Shown piece after piece: positions 44,135 to 59,548 of a stretch of 64,000 nucleotides of DNA. The notes beneath the pieces were generated by a model, which saw only the letters and a program-made list of their open reading frames with translations, ran no database searches and was not told the DNA's origin. The stretch lies in contig DLMY01000053.1 in the NCBI GenBank assembly GCA_002478275.1, forward strand, positions 26,347-90,346, given 5' to 3'. Positions within the stretch are counted from its first letter, which is position 1; the number at the start of each line of letters is the position of its first letter. The stretch is from Actinobacteria bacterium UBA7524 (GTDB lineage Bacteria > Actinomycetota > Coriobacteriia > Anaerosomatales > UBA912). Both the position numbers and the translations under genes were made by a program.

Positions 44135-44779
44135 ATGAACAAGGTGTTTCGAATCGACCCGGAGAATCCTTCCGCGGAAGTAATCAATCTCGCCGCCACG
44201 GTGCTCAGGGACGGCGGGATTGTTGTTTTTCCGACGGAAACGGTCTACGGCATCGGCGCTTCCGCGCATTCGTGTTTCGGTCCTCATGAGATATTCGACA
44301 TCAAGGTACGGCCGCTGGACAAGCCTCTGCCCTGGCTTGTCGAAGACGACGACGCGCTGCTGGACAAGTACGGCGTCGACGTGCCGGACTACGCGCACAA
44401 TCTCGCGAAGGCGTTCTGGCCCGGTGCGCTGACGCTGGTCGTCAAGGCGTCGGACATCGTCGGCAAGGACTTCCGCGCCGACGACGGCACCGTCGGGCTG
44501 CGATCGCCGGACCATGAGGTCATCATGGAACTCATCACCGCTTCCGGCGGACCGATCATCGCAACGAGCGCCAACACCAGCGGTGTGGAGGCCCCCGACG
44601 ACTTCGCCAAGCTCGAGGAGCGGATCATAGCCGCCGCCGACGTGGTGCTCGATGGAGGAGAGACGCTGCATCGCCAGCACTCCACCGTCGTGGACTGCAC
44701 GGGTCCGGAGCCGGTGATCATTCGCGAAGGCGCCATCCCTGTCGACGCGATCATGGAAGCTGCGGCCGGCGGCGCGTAG
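44135..44779 (+). CDS. tsaC: L-threonylcarbamoyladenylate synthase (TsaC/YwlC/Sua5 family, short form)
   Basis: VFPTETVYGIGA, KVRPLDKPL and ATSANTSG motifs. Confidence 0.88.
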   Translation: MNKVFRIDPENPSAEVINLAATVLRDGGIVVFPTETVYGIGASAHSCFGPHEIFDIKVRPLDKPLPWLVEDDDALLDKYGVDVPDYAHNLAKAFWPGALTLVVKASDIVGKDFRADDGTVGLRSPDHEVIMELITASGGPIIATSANTSGVEAPDDFAKLEERIIAAADVVLDGGETLHRQHSTVVDCTGPEPVIIREGAIPVDAIMEAAAGGA

Positions 44780-44827
44780 CCGCAAAGCGCACCCACGCAC
44801 ACTGCACCACCTACTGCTACAATCGGC

Positions 44828-44857
44828 GGTGGCACCCGAGCGGGTGTCACCGCTTTC
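44828..44857 (+). terminator. terminator-like hairpin after tsaC
   Basis: GGTGGCACCC-GAGC-GGGTGTCACC is a 10-bp stem (one G-T pair) with a tetraloop, followed by GCTTTC. Confidence 0.45.
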
Positions 44858-44892
44858 GCGTCCGCGCCGTTTACTGGAGGTCCGAGCTATCG

Positions 44893-45372
44893 ATGCGGGT
44901 ATTCCTCGGCAGTGATCATGCAGGTTTCGCCATGAAAGAAGCGCTCAAGCCCTACTTCGAGCGCCGCGGTGTCGAGGTCACCGATGTGGGGACTTACAGC
45001 GAGGACGCTGTGGACTACCCCGACCTGGCGGTCAAGGTAGGCCGCGCGGTCGCATCGGGCGAGGCCGAGCGAGGCGTGCTCGTGTGCGGGTCGGGGATCG
45101 GTATGGCGGTCGCCGCCAACAAGGTGCCCGGGGTTCGTGCAGCGATGGTGACCGACCCGGAGCTTGCGACCATGATGCGCAAGCACAACGACGCGAACGT
45201 GGTGACGCTGGGAGGGCGCTACATACCCGTCGAGCTCGCCGAGGAGATCCTGGACGCGTTTCTCGACACCGCCTTCGAAGGTGGCCGTCATGCTGGGCGC
45301 GTCGACAAGATCACGGGTATCGAGAACGGCGCAGAGAACCTTGAGGACGAAGCGTATTCGCCGGACGAGTAG
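44893..45372 (+). CDS. rpiB: ribose-5-phosphate isomerase B
   Basis: GSDHAGF, CGSGIGM and RKHNDANV motifs. 159 aa. Confidence 0.92.
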   Translation: MRVFLGSDHAGFAMKEALKPYFERRGVEVTDVGTYSEDAVDYPDLAVKVGRAVASGEAERGVLVCGSGIGMAVAANKVPGVRAAMVTDPELATMMRKHNDANVVTLGGRYIPVELAEEILDAFLDTAFEGGRHAGRVDKITGIENGAENLEDEAYSPDE

Positions 45373-45456
45373 TTGCTCGGACGGTTCAGTCGCTCGAAGC
45401 ACGTCAGACGGATGCGGGCTCCAGGCCCGTCCAGATGAAGAAGGGACACACCCCGA

Positions 45457-47399
<1,943 letters not shown>

Positions 47400-47473
47400 C
47401 ACCCGGCTTCAGACACCGACCCGCTCAGTATCGCGCCCTGTCACACCGATACCCGCCGAGGAGGGAACGACGT

Positions 47474-47989
47474 ATGCCCCGCCCGTCATGGGACGAGTAC
47501 TTCATGAGCATCGCCGAGCAGGTGGCAGGTCGTTCGACCTGTCTGCGCCGCCATACCGGCGCGGTGCTCGTGAAAGACAAGCGCATCCTGGCAACGGGCT
47601 ACAACGGCACTCCTACGGGCCTTGCCCATTGCGAGCAGATTGGCTGCCTCAGAGAACAGCGCAACATCGCGAGCGGGGAGAAGCACGAGCTGTGCAGGGG
47701 CATCCATGCCGAGCAGAACGCGGTGATCCAGGCCGCACGGCACGGTACCGCCATCGACGGGGCGTCGGTCTACAGCACGCACCAGCCCTGTGTGCTGTGC
47801 GCCAAGATACTCATCAACGCCGGTGTCACGGACATCGTATTCCGGGATCCTTATCCCGACCCGCTTTCCGAAGAGCTGCTTTCCGAGGCGGGCATCGTAC
47901 CAAGAGCGCTGGACCGGCCACTCGCGCAGGGGTCGGCTGCCGGGGAGTCGCCGGTGGCAAGGACCGTTACCGATGAGGAGCATATGTGA
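47474..47989 (+). CDS. dCMP deaminase (ComEB-type cytidine/deoxycytidylate deaminase)
   Basis: HAEQNA and PCVLCAK zinc motifs. Confidence 0.88.
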   Translation: MPRPSWDEYFMSIAEQVAGRSTCLRRHTGAVLVKDKRILATGYNGTPTGLAHCEQIGCLREQRNIASGEKHELCRGIHAEQNAVIQAARHGTAIDGASVYSTHQPCVLCAKILINAGVTDIVFRDPYPDPLSEELLSEAGIVPRALDRPLAQGSAAGESPVARTVTDEEHM

Positions 47990-49089
47990 GTGCCAGGCAC
48001 TACCTGTTCGTCATCGCCGTAGGAGCGTTCGTCACGCTTCTGCTCACCCCGCTCGTCCGCGCGTTGAGCGTGCGACTCGGGTTGGTAGACGAGCCCGGCG
48101 GCCGCAAGGTCCACACCGCGGCGATCTCCCGGCTCGGCGGGGTGGCGATATTCATCGGTTTCGCGGCGGCCATCGCGACAGAAGCGCTCGGGGAGCACTA
48201 CCTCGGTTGGGGCGGCACGCTCGCAGACGGCGGCCGTCAGATGTTGGGGGTGCTCGCAGGCCTTGCGCTCATCTTCGTGGTTGGTGTCATCGACGACATC
48301 GTGACGCTCAACCCCGGTGCGAAGCTGCTTGGCCAGCTCGCAGCCGCGGGCATAGCCATCTCGGCGGGAGTACGCATCGACTTCGTGGGCAACCCGTTCG
48401 GCGGCGGCCTGATCGCACTTGGTCTCCTCGGCATACCGGTCACGCTTGTCTATATCGTCGGGTTCACCAACATCATCAACCTGATCGACGGACTCGATGG
48501 TCTGGCGGCAGGGGTCACCTCGATCGCGGCCACGAGCTTCCTGCTGCTGGCGGCCGCGACGAACCGGCTCGACGCCGCCGCTCTGGCGGCCGCGCTCATA
48601 GGGGCGTGCCTGGGCTTCCTGCGATACAACTTCAATCCCGCGAGCATCTTCATGGGGGATTCGGGCGCGATGTTCCTGGGATTCGCGCTTGCAGGGATCT
48701 CGCTGCTTGGCGTGATGAAGTCCGCGGCGGCCATCACGTTGATGGTGCCGCTGTTGATCGTGGGCGTGCCGATCTTCGACACCGCCTCGGCCATCGTGCG
48801 GCGCCTGCGGCATAAGCGCCCGATCCAGGAGGCGGACAAGGGGCACATCCACCATCGCCTGCTGCATCGCGGGTTCGACCAGCGTCAGACGGTGCTGATC
48901 ATCTACGTGTGGTCCGGAGCGCTCGCCGTGGGGGGTTGGGCGATGCGATACGCACCGACCATCATCAAACTCGCCACGTTCGTCCTTCTCGCGGTGCTCT
49001 CCGGCGTGATGGCGTACTGGCTGGGCCTGTTCGAGGCGGCCCATCACCATGCCGAGGAACCCCGGGACGCCTCCAAAAAAGGCGTCTGA
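47986..49089 (+). CDS. glycosyltransferase family 4 polyprenyl-phosphate sugar-1-phosphate transferase (WecA/MraY family)
   Basis: IIGVIDDI-like [18 protein letters not shown] and [11 protein letters not shown] motifs with 10-11 TM segments. Confidence 0.85.
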   Translation: MSARHYLFVIAVGAFVTLLLTPLVRALSVRLGLVDEPGGRKVHTAAISRLGGVAIFIGFAAAIATEALGEHYLGWGGTLADGGRQMLGVLAGLALIFVVGVIDDIVTLNPGAKLLGQLAAAGIAISAGVRIDFVGNPFGGGLIALGLLGIPVTLVYIVGFTNIINLIDGLDGLAAGVTSIAATSFLLLAAATNRLDAAALAAALIGACLGFLRYNFNPASIFMGDSGAMFLGFALAGISLLGVMKSAAAITLMVPLLIVGVPIFDTASAIVRRLRHKRPIQEADKGHIHHRLLHRGFDQRQTVLIIYVWSGALAVGGWAMRYAPTIIKLATFVLLAVLSGVMAYWLGLFEAAHHHAEEPRDASKKGV

Positions 49090-49174
49090 GCTTTGGTTCT
49101 GTAGTTCGTGAATAAGAGTCGTTCAGTTGTGCTTGTGAGCGCTAATGCGTTGGTGTACGATTGGTGCGCTTTTC

Positions 49175-49220
49175 AAGACCCCCCGGTCTTTTGCGCGTCG
49201 AACGCGACGCGCATTTCTTT
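49175..49220 (+). terminator. two tandem terminator-like hairpins between the transferase gene and the atp operon
   Basis: AAGACC-CCCC-GGTCTT followed by TT (49175-49192). GCGCGTCG-AACG-CGACGCGC followed by ATTTCTTT (49193-49220). Confidence 0.4.
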
Positions 49221-49324
49221 GCGCGTGGCACGTCCCGCAGCCGGCGAGCTAGTCGGTTTCGGGCACGCGGTCAGGGGGGCGTTGTGTACGGGAGCCCCGG
49301 TTGGACCGGTAGCCACGGAGGGTC

Positions 49325-49672
49325 ATGGAGGAGTTCTTCACAGACGCTTTGAGTGCCGTCGCGCCTTTCGCGCGTCCCGTGTTCGCCGCACTCCTCGGTG
49401 CCGGTATCGGCGCCTTCGCTCTGCTCTCCACGCACGCGGGCGTGCGTTCGATGACCCCCGAACAGCCGACTTCCGGCGTGGTCCGCACGCTGCTCATGAT
49501 GGGGGTCGGCATGGGGGCAGCGCTTCTTGCCCTGGTTGCTTGTTTCGTGTGGGCGAAAGACATGTTGGTCTTCTTCGGTATCGCTTTGATCGTCGGCTTC
49601 ATCGTGCCGGCGGTCGTCGTGTTCGTACGTCTCTCCGATATGGTCGGGGCATCAAGTCAAGGAGGTCGGTAG
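49325..49672 (+). CDS. atpI: small membrane protein at the AtpI position (ATP synthase protein I-like)
   Basis: 115 aa with 3-4 TM helices, immediately upstream of atpB. Confidence 0.5.
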   Translation: MEEFFTDALSAVAPFARPVFAALLGAGIGAFALLSTHAGVRSMTPEQPTSGVVRTLLMMGVGMGAALLALVACFVWAKDMLVFFGIALIVGFIVPAVVVFVRLSDMVGASSQGGR

Positions 49673-49676
49673 GCGC

Positions 49677-50450
49677 GTGGACAAACTCGGCTACGAGGTA
49701 GAGAAGCTGCTTCATCACCTGGAGCCGGTGGGCCTGGACGGACACCATCTCGAGGGGACGTTCGCTCTCTCTAACTACACGTTTTACCTGGTGATCGCCC
49801 TGTTCCTGACGCTGTTGTTCTTCGTCTTCGCTGCTCGCAAGGCATCGCTGGTGCCGAAGGGTTTCGGCAACCTCGCCGAGACGGGCGTCGAGTTCGTGCG
49901 CAACAGCATCGTCTCGGACGTCATGGGGCCGGAGGGCCTGAAGTACCTGCCCTTCATGGTCACCGTCTTCTTCTTCGTGCTCTTCAACAACCTGCTCGGC
50001 CTGGTGCCCGGTGGTCTTCCCGGCACCGGCACAGTCGGCACGACCTTCACGTGGGGCCTGTTCGTCTTCCTCACCTACAACTTCATCGGGTTCCAGAAGA
50101 ACGGCATCGCGTACCTCAAGAGCTTCATCCCTTCGGGCACGCCGTGGTGGCTCCAGCCGCTCATCCTGTTGCTCGAGGTCGTCAGTCACCTGCTGCGTCC
50201 GTTCACGTTGGGAGTGCGTCTCTACGCCAACATGTACGCCGGCCACATCATCCTTGGCGTGTTCGTCATCTTCATCAAGATCGTGTTCGACCAGATCACC
50301 GCCGGTGGGCTTGTGGTCGCGTCACTGTCGTTCGTGATGCTCATCCTGATGTACGCTTTCGAGCTGTTCGTCGCGTTCATCCAGGCCTACGTATTCACGA
50401 TTCTGACTGCCGTCTACATCAGCGGTGCGCTGCACGCAGCTGATCACTAG
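49677..50450 (+). CDS. atpB: F0F1 ATP synthase subunit a
   Basis: LRPFTLGVRLYANMYAGH contains the essential Arg motif. About 6 TM segments. Confidence 0.92.
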   Translation: MDKLGYEVEKLLHHLEPVGLDGHHLEGTFALSNYTFYLVIALFLTLLFFVFAARKASLVPKGFGNLAETGVEFVRNSIVSDVMGPEGLKYLPFMVTVFFFVLFNNLLGLVPGGLPGTGTVGTTFTWGLFVFLTYNFIGFQKNGIAYLKSFIPSGTPWWLQPLILLLEVVSHLLRPFTLGVRLYANMYAGHIILGVFVIFIKIVFDQITAGGLVVASLSFVMLILMYAFELFVAFIQAYVFTILTAVYISGALHAADH

Positions 50451-50528
50451 GATCAAACGCCGCGACGCGGCGTTGAGTTGATACACCAGTTCGCACGTAA
50501 GGAAGTACCGTCTCTTAGAGGAGGAACA

Positions 50529-50753
50529 GTGGAAGGCTCTCTGAATGTTCTGGCTGCTGCTATCGCGTTCGGTGTCGGTGCCATCAGCCCCGCGCTTGCG
50601 GTAGGTAACGTCGCCGGTAAGGCGATCGAGGGCATGGCCCGCCAGCCCGAGATGGCAGGCAAGATCCAGACGACCATGTTCATCGGTATGGCGCTCGCCG
50701 AGGCCATCGCTCTGCTCGGTTTCGTTCTCGCCTTCGTTCTGCAGGCTGCCTAA
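50529..50753 (+). CDS. atpE: F0F1 ATP synthase subunit c
   Basis: GTG at 50529 after AGAGGAGGAA. 74-aa hairpin with ARQPE loop and the ion-binding Glu in MALAEAIAL. Confidence 0.9.
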   Translation: MEGSLNVLAAAIAFGVGAISPALAVGNVAGKAIEGMARQPEMAGKIQTTMFIGMALAEAIALLGFVLAFVLQAA

Positions 50754-50795
50754 TCGCTCTCGAAGACAGCCGTTGCGGCAGAAGGTAGGTGAGTC

Positions 50796-51296
50796 ATGGA
50801 AGCGATCACTCCTCTATTCCCAGAGGTACTGATATCGGGCGCTGCGTTCATCGTGCTGTTCGTGTTCATCTGGAAGTTCGCGCTTCCGCCGGTCACGAAG
50901 ATGCTCGATGAGCGGGCCGAGAAGATCCGCGAGTCGATCGAGAAGGCCGAGGAGACCCGTATCGAGGCCGAGCGTCTGCTGGAGGACTACAAACAGCAGA
51001 TGGCCGAGGCCCGTAACGAGGCGACAGAGGTCATCGAGCAGGGCCGCAGGGTCGCGGACTCGATGAAGAACGACATCGTCGCCAAGGCGAACGAAGAAGC
51101 GGCAGCCATCGTAGCGAAGGCCCGCGAGGCGATCGTCTCCGAGAAGCAGGCCGCGATGGCCGAGCTTCAGGCGTCGGTGGCCGACATCTCCGTGTCCGTC
51201 GCCGGTAAGCTGATCGGCGAGAAGCTTTCCGCCGATGATCACGCGAAACTGATCGAGCGGTATGTGGCGGAGGTGGGCAGCTTCAATGACAACTAG
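50796..51296 (+). CDS. atpF: F0F1 ATP synthase subunit b
   Basis: N-terminal TM helix plus a long charged coiled coil. Operon position. Confidence 0.88.
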   Translation: MEAITPLFPEVLISGAAFIVLFVFIWKFALPPVTKMLDERAEKIRESIEKAEETRIEAERLLEDYKQQMAEARNEATEVIEQGRRVADSMKNDIVAKANEEAAAIVAKAREAIVSEKQAAMAELQASVADISVSVAGKLIGEKLSADDHAKLIERYVAEVGSFNDN

Positions 51297-51844
51297 CGAG
51301 ATCACCGGGACCTACGCACGGGTCCTCTTCGACCTCGCCAGTGTCGCCGACGCTGTCGACGCCGCGGACGAAGGCCTGCGCAAGATCGTCGAGACGGTCA
51401 GAGGCAGCGTCGAGTTGCGTGATGCCCTGTCCGACTCGGCCATTCCCGGCGACAAGAAGCGCGAGATCCTGAGCGAGCTGTTCGCCGACGCGGTGTCGCC
51501 CGAAGCGGTCGCCGTTGCGACACTGGTCGTGGAGCGCGGGCTGGCCGGGTCTCTCGGCGAGTTGCTGAGCGGTTTCGGCGAGATCGCCGAGGCCGAGCGT
51601 GGCATCATCGCTGCCGAGGTGACCACGGCTGTTCCGCTTACCGACGCGACCCGCGCCTCGCTGGTCGACAAGCTTACAGCCGTCCTGGGAAGGCCCGTCA
51701 CGCTGCGCGAGCGCGTGGACGAGAGCATCCTGGGCGGTATCCGTATCAACGTAGCCGGCCGCGTCCTCGACGGGAGCATCGCCTCCCAGCTCGACTCGAT
51801 GCGTGCCGCGCTTTCGAACGCATCGCAGGGAGGTGAGGCTGACA

Positions 51845-51852
<8 letters not shown>
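51286..51852 (+). CDS. atpH: F0F1 ATP synthase subunit delta
   Basis: [13 protein letters not shown]-type N-terminus and GG.R...G..V.DGS at the C-terminus. Confidence 0.88.
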
Positions 51853-53410
<1,558 letters not shown>

Positions 53411-53419
53411 GGGCGGCAC

Positions 53420-55737
<2,318 letters not shown>

Positions 55738-55754
55738 CAAAGGAGCGCACCAGT

Positions 55755-56174
55755 ATGGAACGCACGCTTCTGTGCGAGATAGTGACACCCGAACGCATCG
55801 TGTACACGAGCGAGGTCAAGATGGTCATCGTCACGACCATCGACGGAGAGCTCGGCATCTTGCCGCTGCATGCTCCGCTCGTCAGCGCCCTCGTACCAGG
55901 TGAGGTCAGGGTTCGCTACGGCAACGATGAGGTCGAGTGGTTCGCGGTCTCTGGAGGCTACGTGCAGGTACACGAGGACAAGGTCATTATCCTCGCGGAC
56001 CAGGCAGCGGCAGCTTCGCAGATCGATGTCGATCGCGCTCGCAACGCGCTGGATCTCACCAAGCAGCGTCTCGAGGACCTTCCGAAGGAAGACAAGGCCG
56101 AGTACGACAGCTGCAAGGCGGACCTGAAGTGGTGCGAGCTGCAGGTGCAGATCGGCGGCAAGCAGCGCTCGTAG
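55755..56174 (+). CDS. atpC: F0F1 ATP synthase subunit epsilon
   Basis: VTPE..V....V..V.....GE.GILP.H.PL beta-sandwich N-terminus followed by a helical hairpin. Confidence 0.92.
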   Translation: MERTLLCEIVTPERIVYTSEVKMVIVTTIDGELGILPLHAPLVSALVPGEVRVRYGNDEVEWFAVSGGYVQVHEDKVIILADQAAAASQIDVDRARNALDLTKQRLEDLPKEDKAEYDSCKADLKWCELQVQIGGKQRS

Positions 56175-56210
56175 ACGCGCGTGGCGCATATGTGAACTCA
56201 AGGCGGCGGC

Positions 56211-56239
56211 TCCCAACAGGGGCCGTCGCTTCGTCGTAG
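56211..56239 (+). terminator. terminator-like hairpin after the atp operon
   Basis: GGCGGCGGCTCCC-AACA-GGGGCCGTCGC imperfect GC-rich stem, followed by TTCGTCG. Confidence 0.4.
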
Positions 56240-56307
56240 GCGGCAGGGGTCGAGTGGCCGGGCTCGCGGTGATATCATCCCTACGGTCAACGTCGAATGG
56301 AGGCACC

Positions 56308-56808
56308 GTGAAAGCACTGGTGGTCTACGAGTCTCTGTGGGGCAACACGGCAGCGATCGCCCGTGCTGTCGCGGAGGGTATCGGAGAAGGCGCGACCGCG
56401 CTGAGCACGGCGCAAGCGACTACCGAGGCGCTCCAGGGAGTCGATCTGATAGTCGCCGGGGCACCGATACTCGGGTTCGCGTTGCCGACCGAAAGCATGC
56501 GTGACTCGATCGAGAAGAACCCCGCCCACCAGGGCCATCCACCCGACCTCGCACATCCGTCCATGCGCACGTGGCTCGAGGGGCTCGGGCGTGGCGACTC
56601 CGGTATGGCGACGTTCGAGACCCGTATCTGGTGGTCGCCGGGCAGCTCGGCAAAGCGCATCGCCAAGACGCTGTCTGCGCTCGGGTATCGTCAGGTTGCG
56701 CCTCCGGAGCGCTTCATCGTGGAGGGCCAGTACGGCCCGCTCAAAGAGGGCGAGCTGGAACGGGCCCGGAAGTGGGGCACTGCGCTCGCGAAAACGGTGA
56801 CTATCTAG
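56308..56808 (+). CDS. flavodoxin-family protein
   Basis: GTG at 56308 after GGAGG. KALVVYESLWGNTAAIARAVAEG is a flavodoxin-like FMN-phosphate loop. Confidence 0.7.
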   Translation: MKALVVYESLWGNTAAIARAVAEGIGEGATALSTAQATTEALQGVDLIVAGAPILGFALPTESMRDSIEKNPAHQGHPPDLAHPSMRTWLEGLGRGDSGMATFETRIWWSPGSSAKRIAKTLSALGYRQVAPPERFIVEGQYGPLKEGELERARKWGTALAKTVTI

Positions 56809-56883
56809 GAGCATGGTCGACGTGCGAATATTGGGTGCGTACACCGTGACCGATTCGCGCCGTCAACCGATATCGGAGAGTCC

Positions 56884-57990
56884 ATGACCGTCGTCCGTAT
56901 GGAATCGCCAGGAGACACCGCAGGTATCCGCGTCGTCAACGAGCGTGCCTTCGGCCAGTCCGCCGAGGCGGACGTGGTCGACAGGCTCCGCCGCTCATGC
57001 GGAGATTACCTCTCCTTCGTTGCGGACGACTCCGGTATCGTCGGCCACATCCTCTTCACACCTGTGACCATCGCGCACAACGGCGGCACCGTCACCGGGA
57101 TGGGGCTTGCGCCGATGGCGGTTGTGCCAGAACGCCAGCGCCAGGGCATCGGCACGGCGCTCGTCGAACGAGGCCTCGCCGTCCTTCGTGAGCGCGGGTG
57201 TCCGTTCGTCGTCGTGCTCGGCCATCCCGAGTACTACCCGCGTTTCGGTTTCGAGCGTGCCTCCCTGTACCGCATCTCCAGCCAGTGGAACGATGTACCG
57301 GACGAAGCATTCATGGTCCGCGTCCTCGACCCTCATGCGATGTACGGCGTTTGGGGCATCGCGCGCTACCGCGGCGAATTCGAACCGATTGCGAGCGAAG
57401 AACCGCGTGAGGACGTCCCGGTCCTCGCGGAGTCGAAGCCGCGCGAGTTCGCACGCAAGCGGATTGAGACGAGCCGCTTGATCCTTCGTGCTCCTCGTAT
57501 CGAGGATGCCGAGGAGATATACAAGAGGTGGGCGAGCGATCCCGAGGTCACGCGCTATCTGTGCTGGCCGAGACACCGGTCGCTCGACACCACCAGGGAG
57601 TTCCTGCACTCCAGCGAAGAGGAATGGGAACGGTGGGGCGCGGGCTCGTACGTCATCGAGAACAAGGACAACGGAGGGCTCATCGGCAGTTGCGGTTTGC
57701 ACATGAAGGCTGCGGGCCGTGCCGAGACCGGGTACGTACTGGCGCGCCTGGCGTGGGGCAGAGGTTACGCCACCGAGGCCCTCAAGGCGGTTCTGGAAGA
57801 GGCTGGCCGCGCGGGGGTCTCGAGGATCTTCGCGATGTGCCATCCGGATAACACTGCTTCCGTGAACGTGCTTGAGAAGTGCGGCTTCAAGTTCAGCGGC
57901 AAGCTCTACCGTTTCGCCAAGTTCCCCAATCTGGGCATGCAGGAGAACTGCGACGTGCTCAACTACTCCGCAAAGCTGGACCGGCCATGA
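56884..57990 (+). CDS. tandem-GNAT N-acetyltransferase (YhbS-type domain fused to RimJ/RimL-type domain)
   Basis: First domain: RQRQGIGTALV...YYPRFGF. Second domain: LILRAP..EDAEE..., WGRGYATEA, and NTASVNVLEKCGF. Confidence 0.75.
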   Translation: MTVVRMESPGDTAGIRVVNERAFGQSAEADVVDRLRRSCGDYLSFVADDSGIVGHILFTPVTIAHNGGTVTGMGLAPMAVVPERQRQGIGTALVERGLAVLRERGCPFVVVLGHPEYYPRFGFERASLYRISSQWNDVPDEAFMVRVLDPHAMYGVWGIARYRGEFEPIASEEPREDVPVLAESKPREFARKRIETSRLILRAPRIEDAEEIYKRWASDPEVTRYLCWPRHRSLDTTREFLHSSEEEWERWGAGSYVIENKDNGGLIGSCGLHMKAAGRAETGYVLARLAWGRGYATEALKAVLEEAGRAGVSRIFAMCHPDNTASVNVLEKCGFKFSGKLYRFAKFPNLGMQENCDVLNYSAKLDRP

Positions 57991-59447
57991 TGCGCGTCCC
58001 CAGGTGCATGAGCACCCAGCACCCCGACAACGCTTCGGTGCCTTTCTTCGCGGCTTCGTCGGTACTTGCCGGTGAAGACGAGATCCGCGAGGCGTACTAC
58101 GCCTATTCGCACCTCGGCTGCGACGAACAGATGTGGGACGTCGAGGGCAAGGAGATCGACACCTACGTCGTCAAGAAGCTGCTGTCGTACTATCCCGAGT
58201 ACTTCCACGAGAACGTGCTCGGCGAGGACCTGCGACTGACGCTGCGGGTCCCCAATCCGACGGTGGAGACGGCCGAGGCCAAGATCCTGCTCGAAACGCT
58301 CGAGAGCATCCCACGCTCCTACGACGCCGCCAAGCTCTTCTACGGCCGGGATGTCGCACCGATCTTCGAGGTCATCTTGCCGATGACGACATCGGCGGCC
58401 GCAGTCGACCGCATCTATCGCTACTACGCCGACTACATCGTGGCGCGGCAGCACGCCTGCCTCAAGCAGGGCGACATCAGCATCGCCGAGTGGATCGGTG
58501 AGTTCCTGCCCGAGCGAATCGAGGTCATCCCGCTCTTCGAGGATGTCCCTACCATGCTCGACGCCGCCTCCATCGTGGAGGAGTACCTCTCCGACAAGGA
58601 CGTCACCGATCAGCGGGTGTTCCTTGCCCGCTCGGACACGGCGATGAACTACGGGCTCGTCTCGGCCGCGCTTGCCAACAAGATCGCGCTGGCCCGGCTC
58701 GACGAGTTCGCCAACCGCTCCGGCATCCGTATCCACCCGATCCTCGGCATGGGCTCGGCACCGTTCCGGGGTGGGCTCTCGCCGCTCACCGCCGAGAGGG
58801 TCGGCAAGGAGTATCCGAGCGTGGTCACGTTCTCCATCCAGTCCGCATTCAAGTTCGACTACCCCGTTGACCAGGTCAAAGCAGCGTGTGAGCATCTCAA
58901 GGCCCGCGAGATCGGCCCGGCCCGGCCCGTCGACGTCGAGCGTGCCGAGGAGATCATTGACCGCTTCAGCAGGGCCTATCGTCAGCGCGTAGTCGAGCTG
59001 GCACCACACATCAACCACATGGCGAAGCACGTCCCGTCGCGTCGAGCGAGGAAGCTTCACATCGGTCTGTTCGGTTATGCACGCGAGATGGGCGGTGTCG
59101 CCTTGCCGCGAGCGATCTCTTTCACCTGTTCCCTGTATTCGATGGGCTTGCCGCCTGAGGTCATCGCGTTCGACGCGTTGAACCCTGATGACTTGGAGTT
59201 CGTTCGCGACCTGTATCCGTCATTGCAGGCCAAGTGCTGCGATGCGTTGCGCTATACCGATCTCGACGGTCCCTTCATGACTCGCGAATTGCGCGACGCT
59301 CTCGAGCGTTCCGGTTTCATCGGCGAGGCGGACCAGGCTCACCTCGAGCTGGTGCATCGTATCCGCGACGGTATGGAGCGCGGTGATGCGGCCCAGATAG
59401 GCGATCTCGTGCTGCGAGCGGCGTTGCTGCGCAGGTTCCTCGGCTGA
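57987..59447 (+). CDS. ppcA: archaeal-type phosphoenolpyruvate carboxylase
   Basis: The N-terminal PRCMSTQHPDN signature and a length of about 486 aa fit the atPEPC (PpcA) family. ATGA overlap with the GNAT gene. Confidence 0.8.
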   Translation: MMRVPRCMSTQHPDNASVPFFAASSVLAGEDEIREAYYAYSHLGCDEQMWDVEGKEIDTYVVKKLLSYYPEYFHENVLGEDLRLTLRVPNPTVETAEAKILLETLESIPRSYDAAKLFYGRDVAPIFEVILPMTTSAAAVDRIYRYYADYIVARQHACLKQGDISIAEWIGEFLPERIEVIPLFEDVPTMLDAASIVEEYLSDKDVTDQRVFLARSDTAMNYGLVSAALANKIALARLDEFANRSGIRIHPILGMGSAPFRGGLSPLTAERVGKEYPSVVTFSIQSAFKFDYPVDQVKAACEHLKAREIGPARPVDVERAEEIIDRFSRAYRQRVVELAPHINHMAKHVPSRRARKLHIGLFGYAREMGGVALPRAISFTCSLYSMGLPPEVIAFDALNPDDLEFVRDLYPSLQAKCCDALRYTDLDGPFMTRELRDALERSGFIGEADQAHLELVHRIRDGMERGDAAQIGDLVLRAALLRRFLG

Positions 59448-59548
59448 GCGTCTGGTAGTGGCGCACTGACCGTTGTGCCCACTGTAGCGTAGGCATACAC
59501 TCTGCAAGGAGCTGCCATCCTGGCAGCGGTCTTCGAGGGGAGAGCCAC

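Noticed and set aside
49108-49701. 197-aa ORF spanning the atp upstream spacer and atpI in another frame
   Set aside because: The translation is Arg-rich and lacks TM segments. The 49325 frame encodes a hydrophobic AtpI-like protein abutting atpB.
57879-57986. Upstream extension of the ppcA ORF
   Set aside because: It overlaps the end of the GNAT gene. The family signature MSTQHPDN begins right after ATG 57987.
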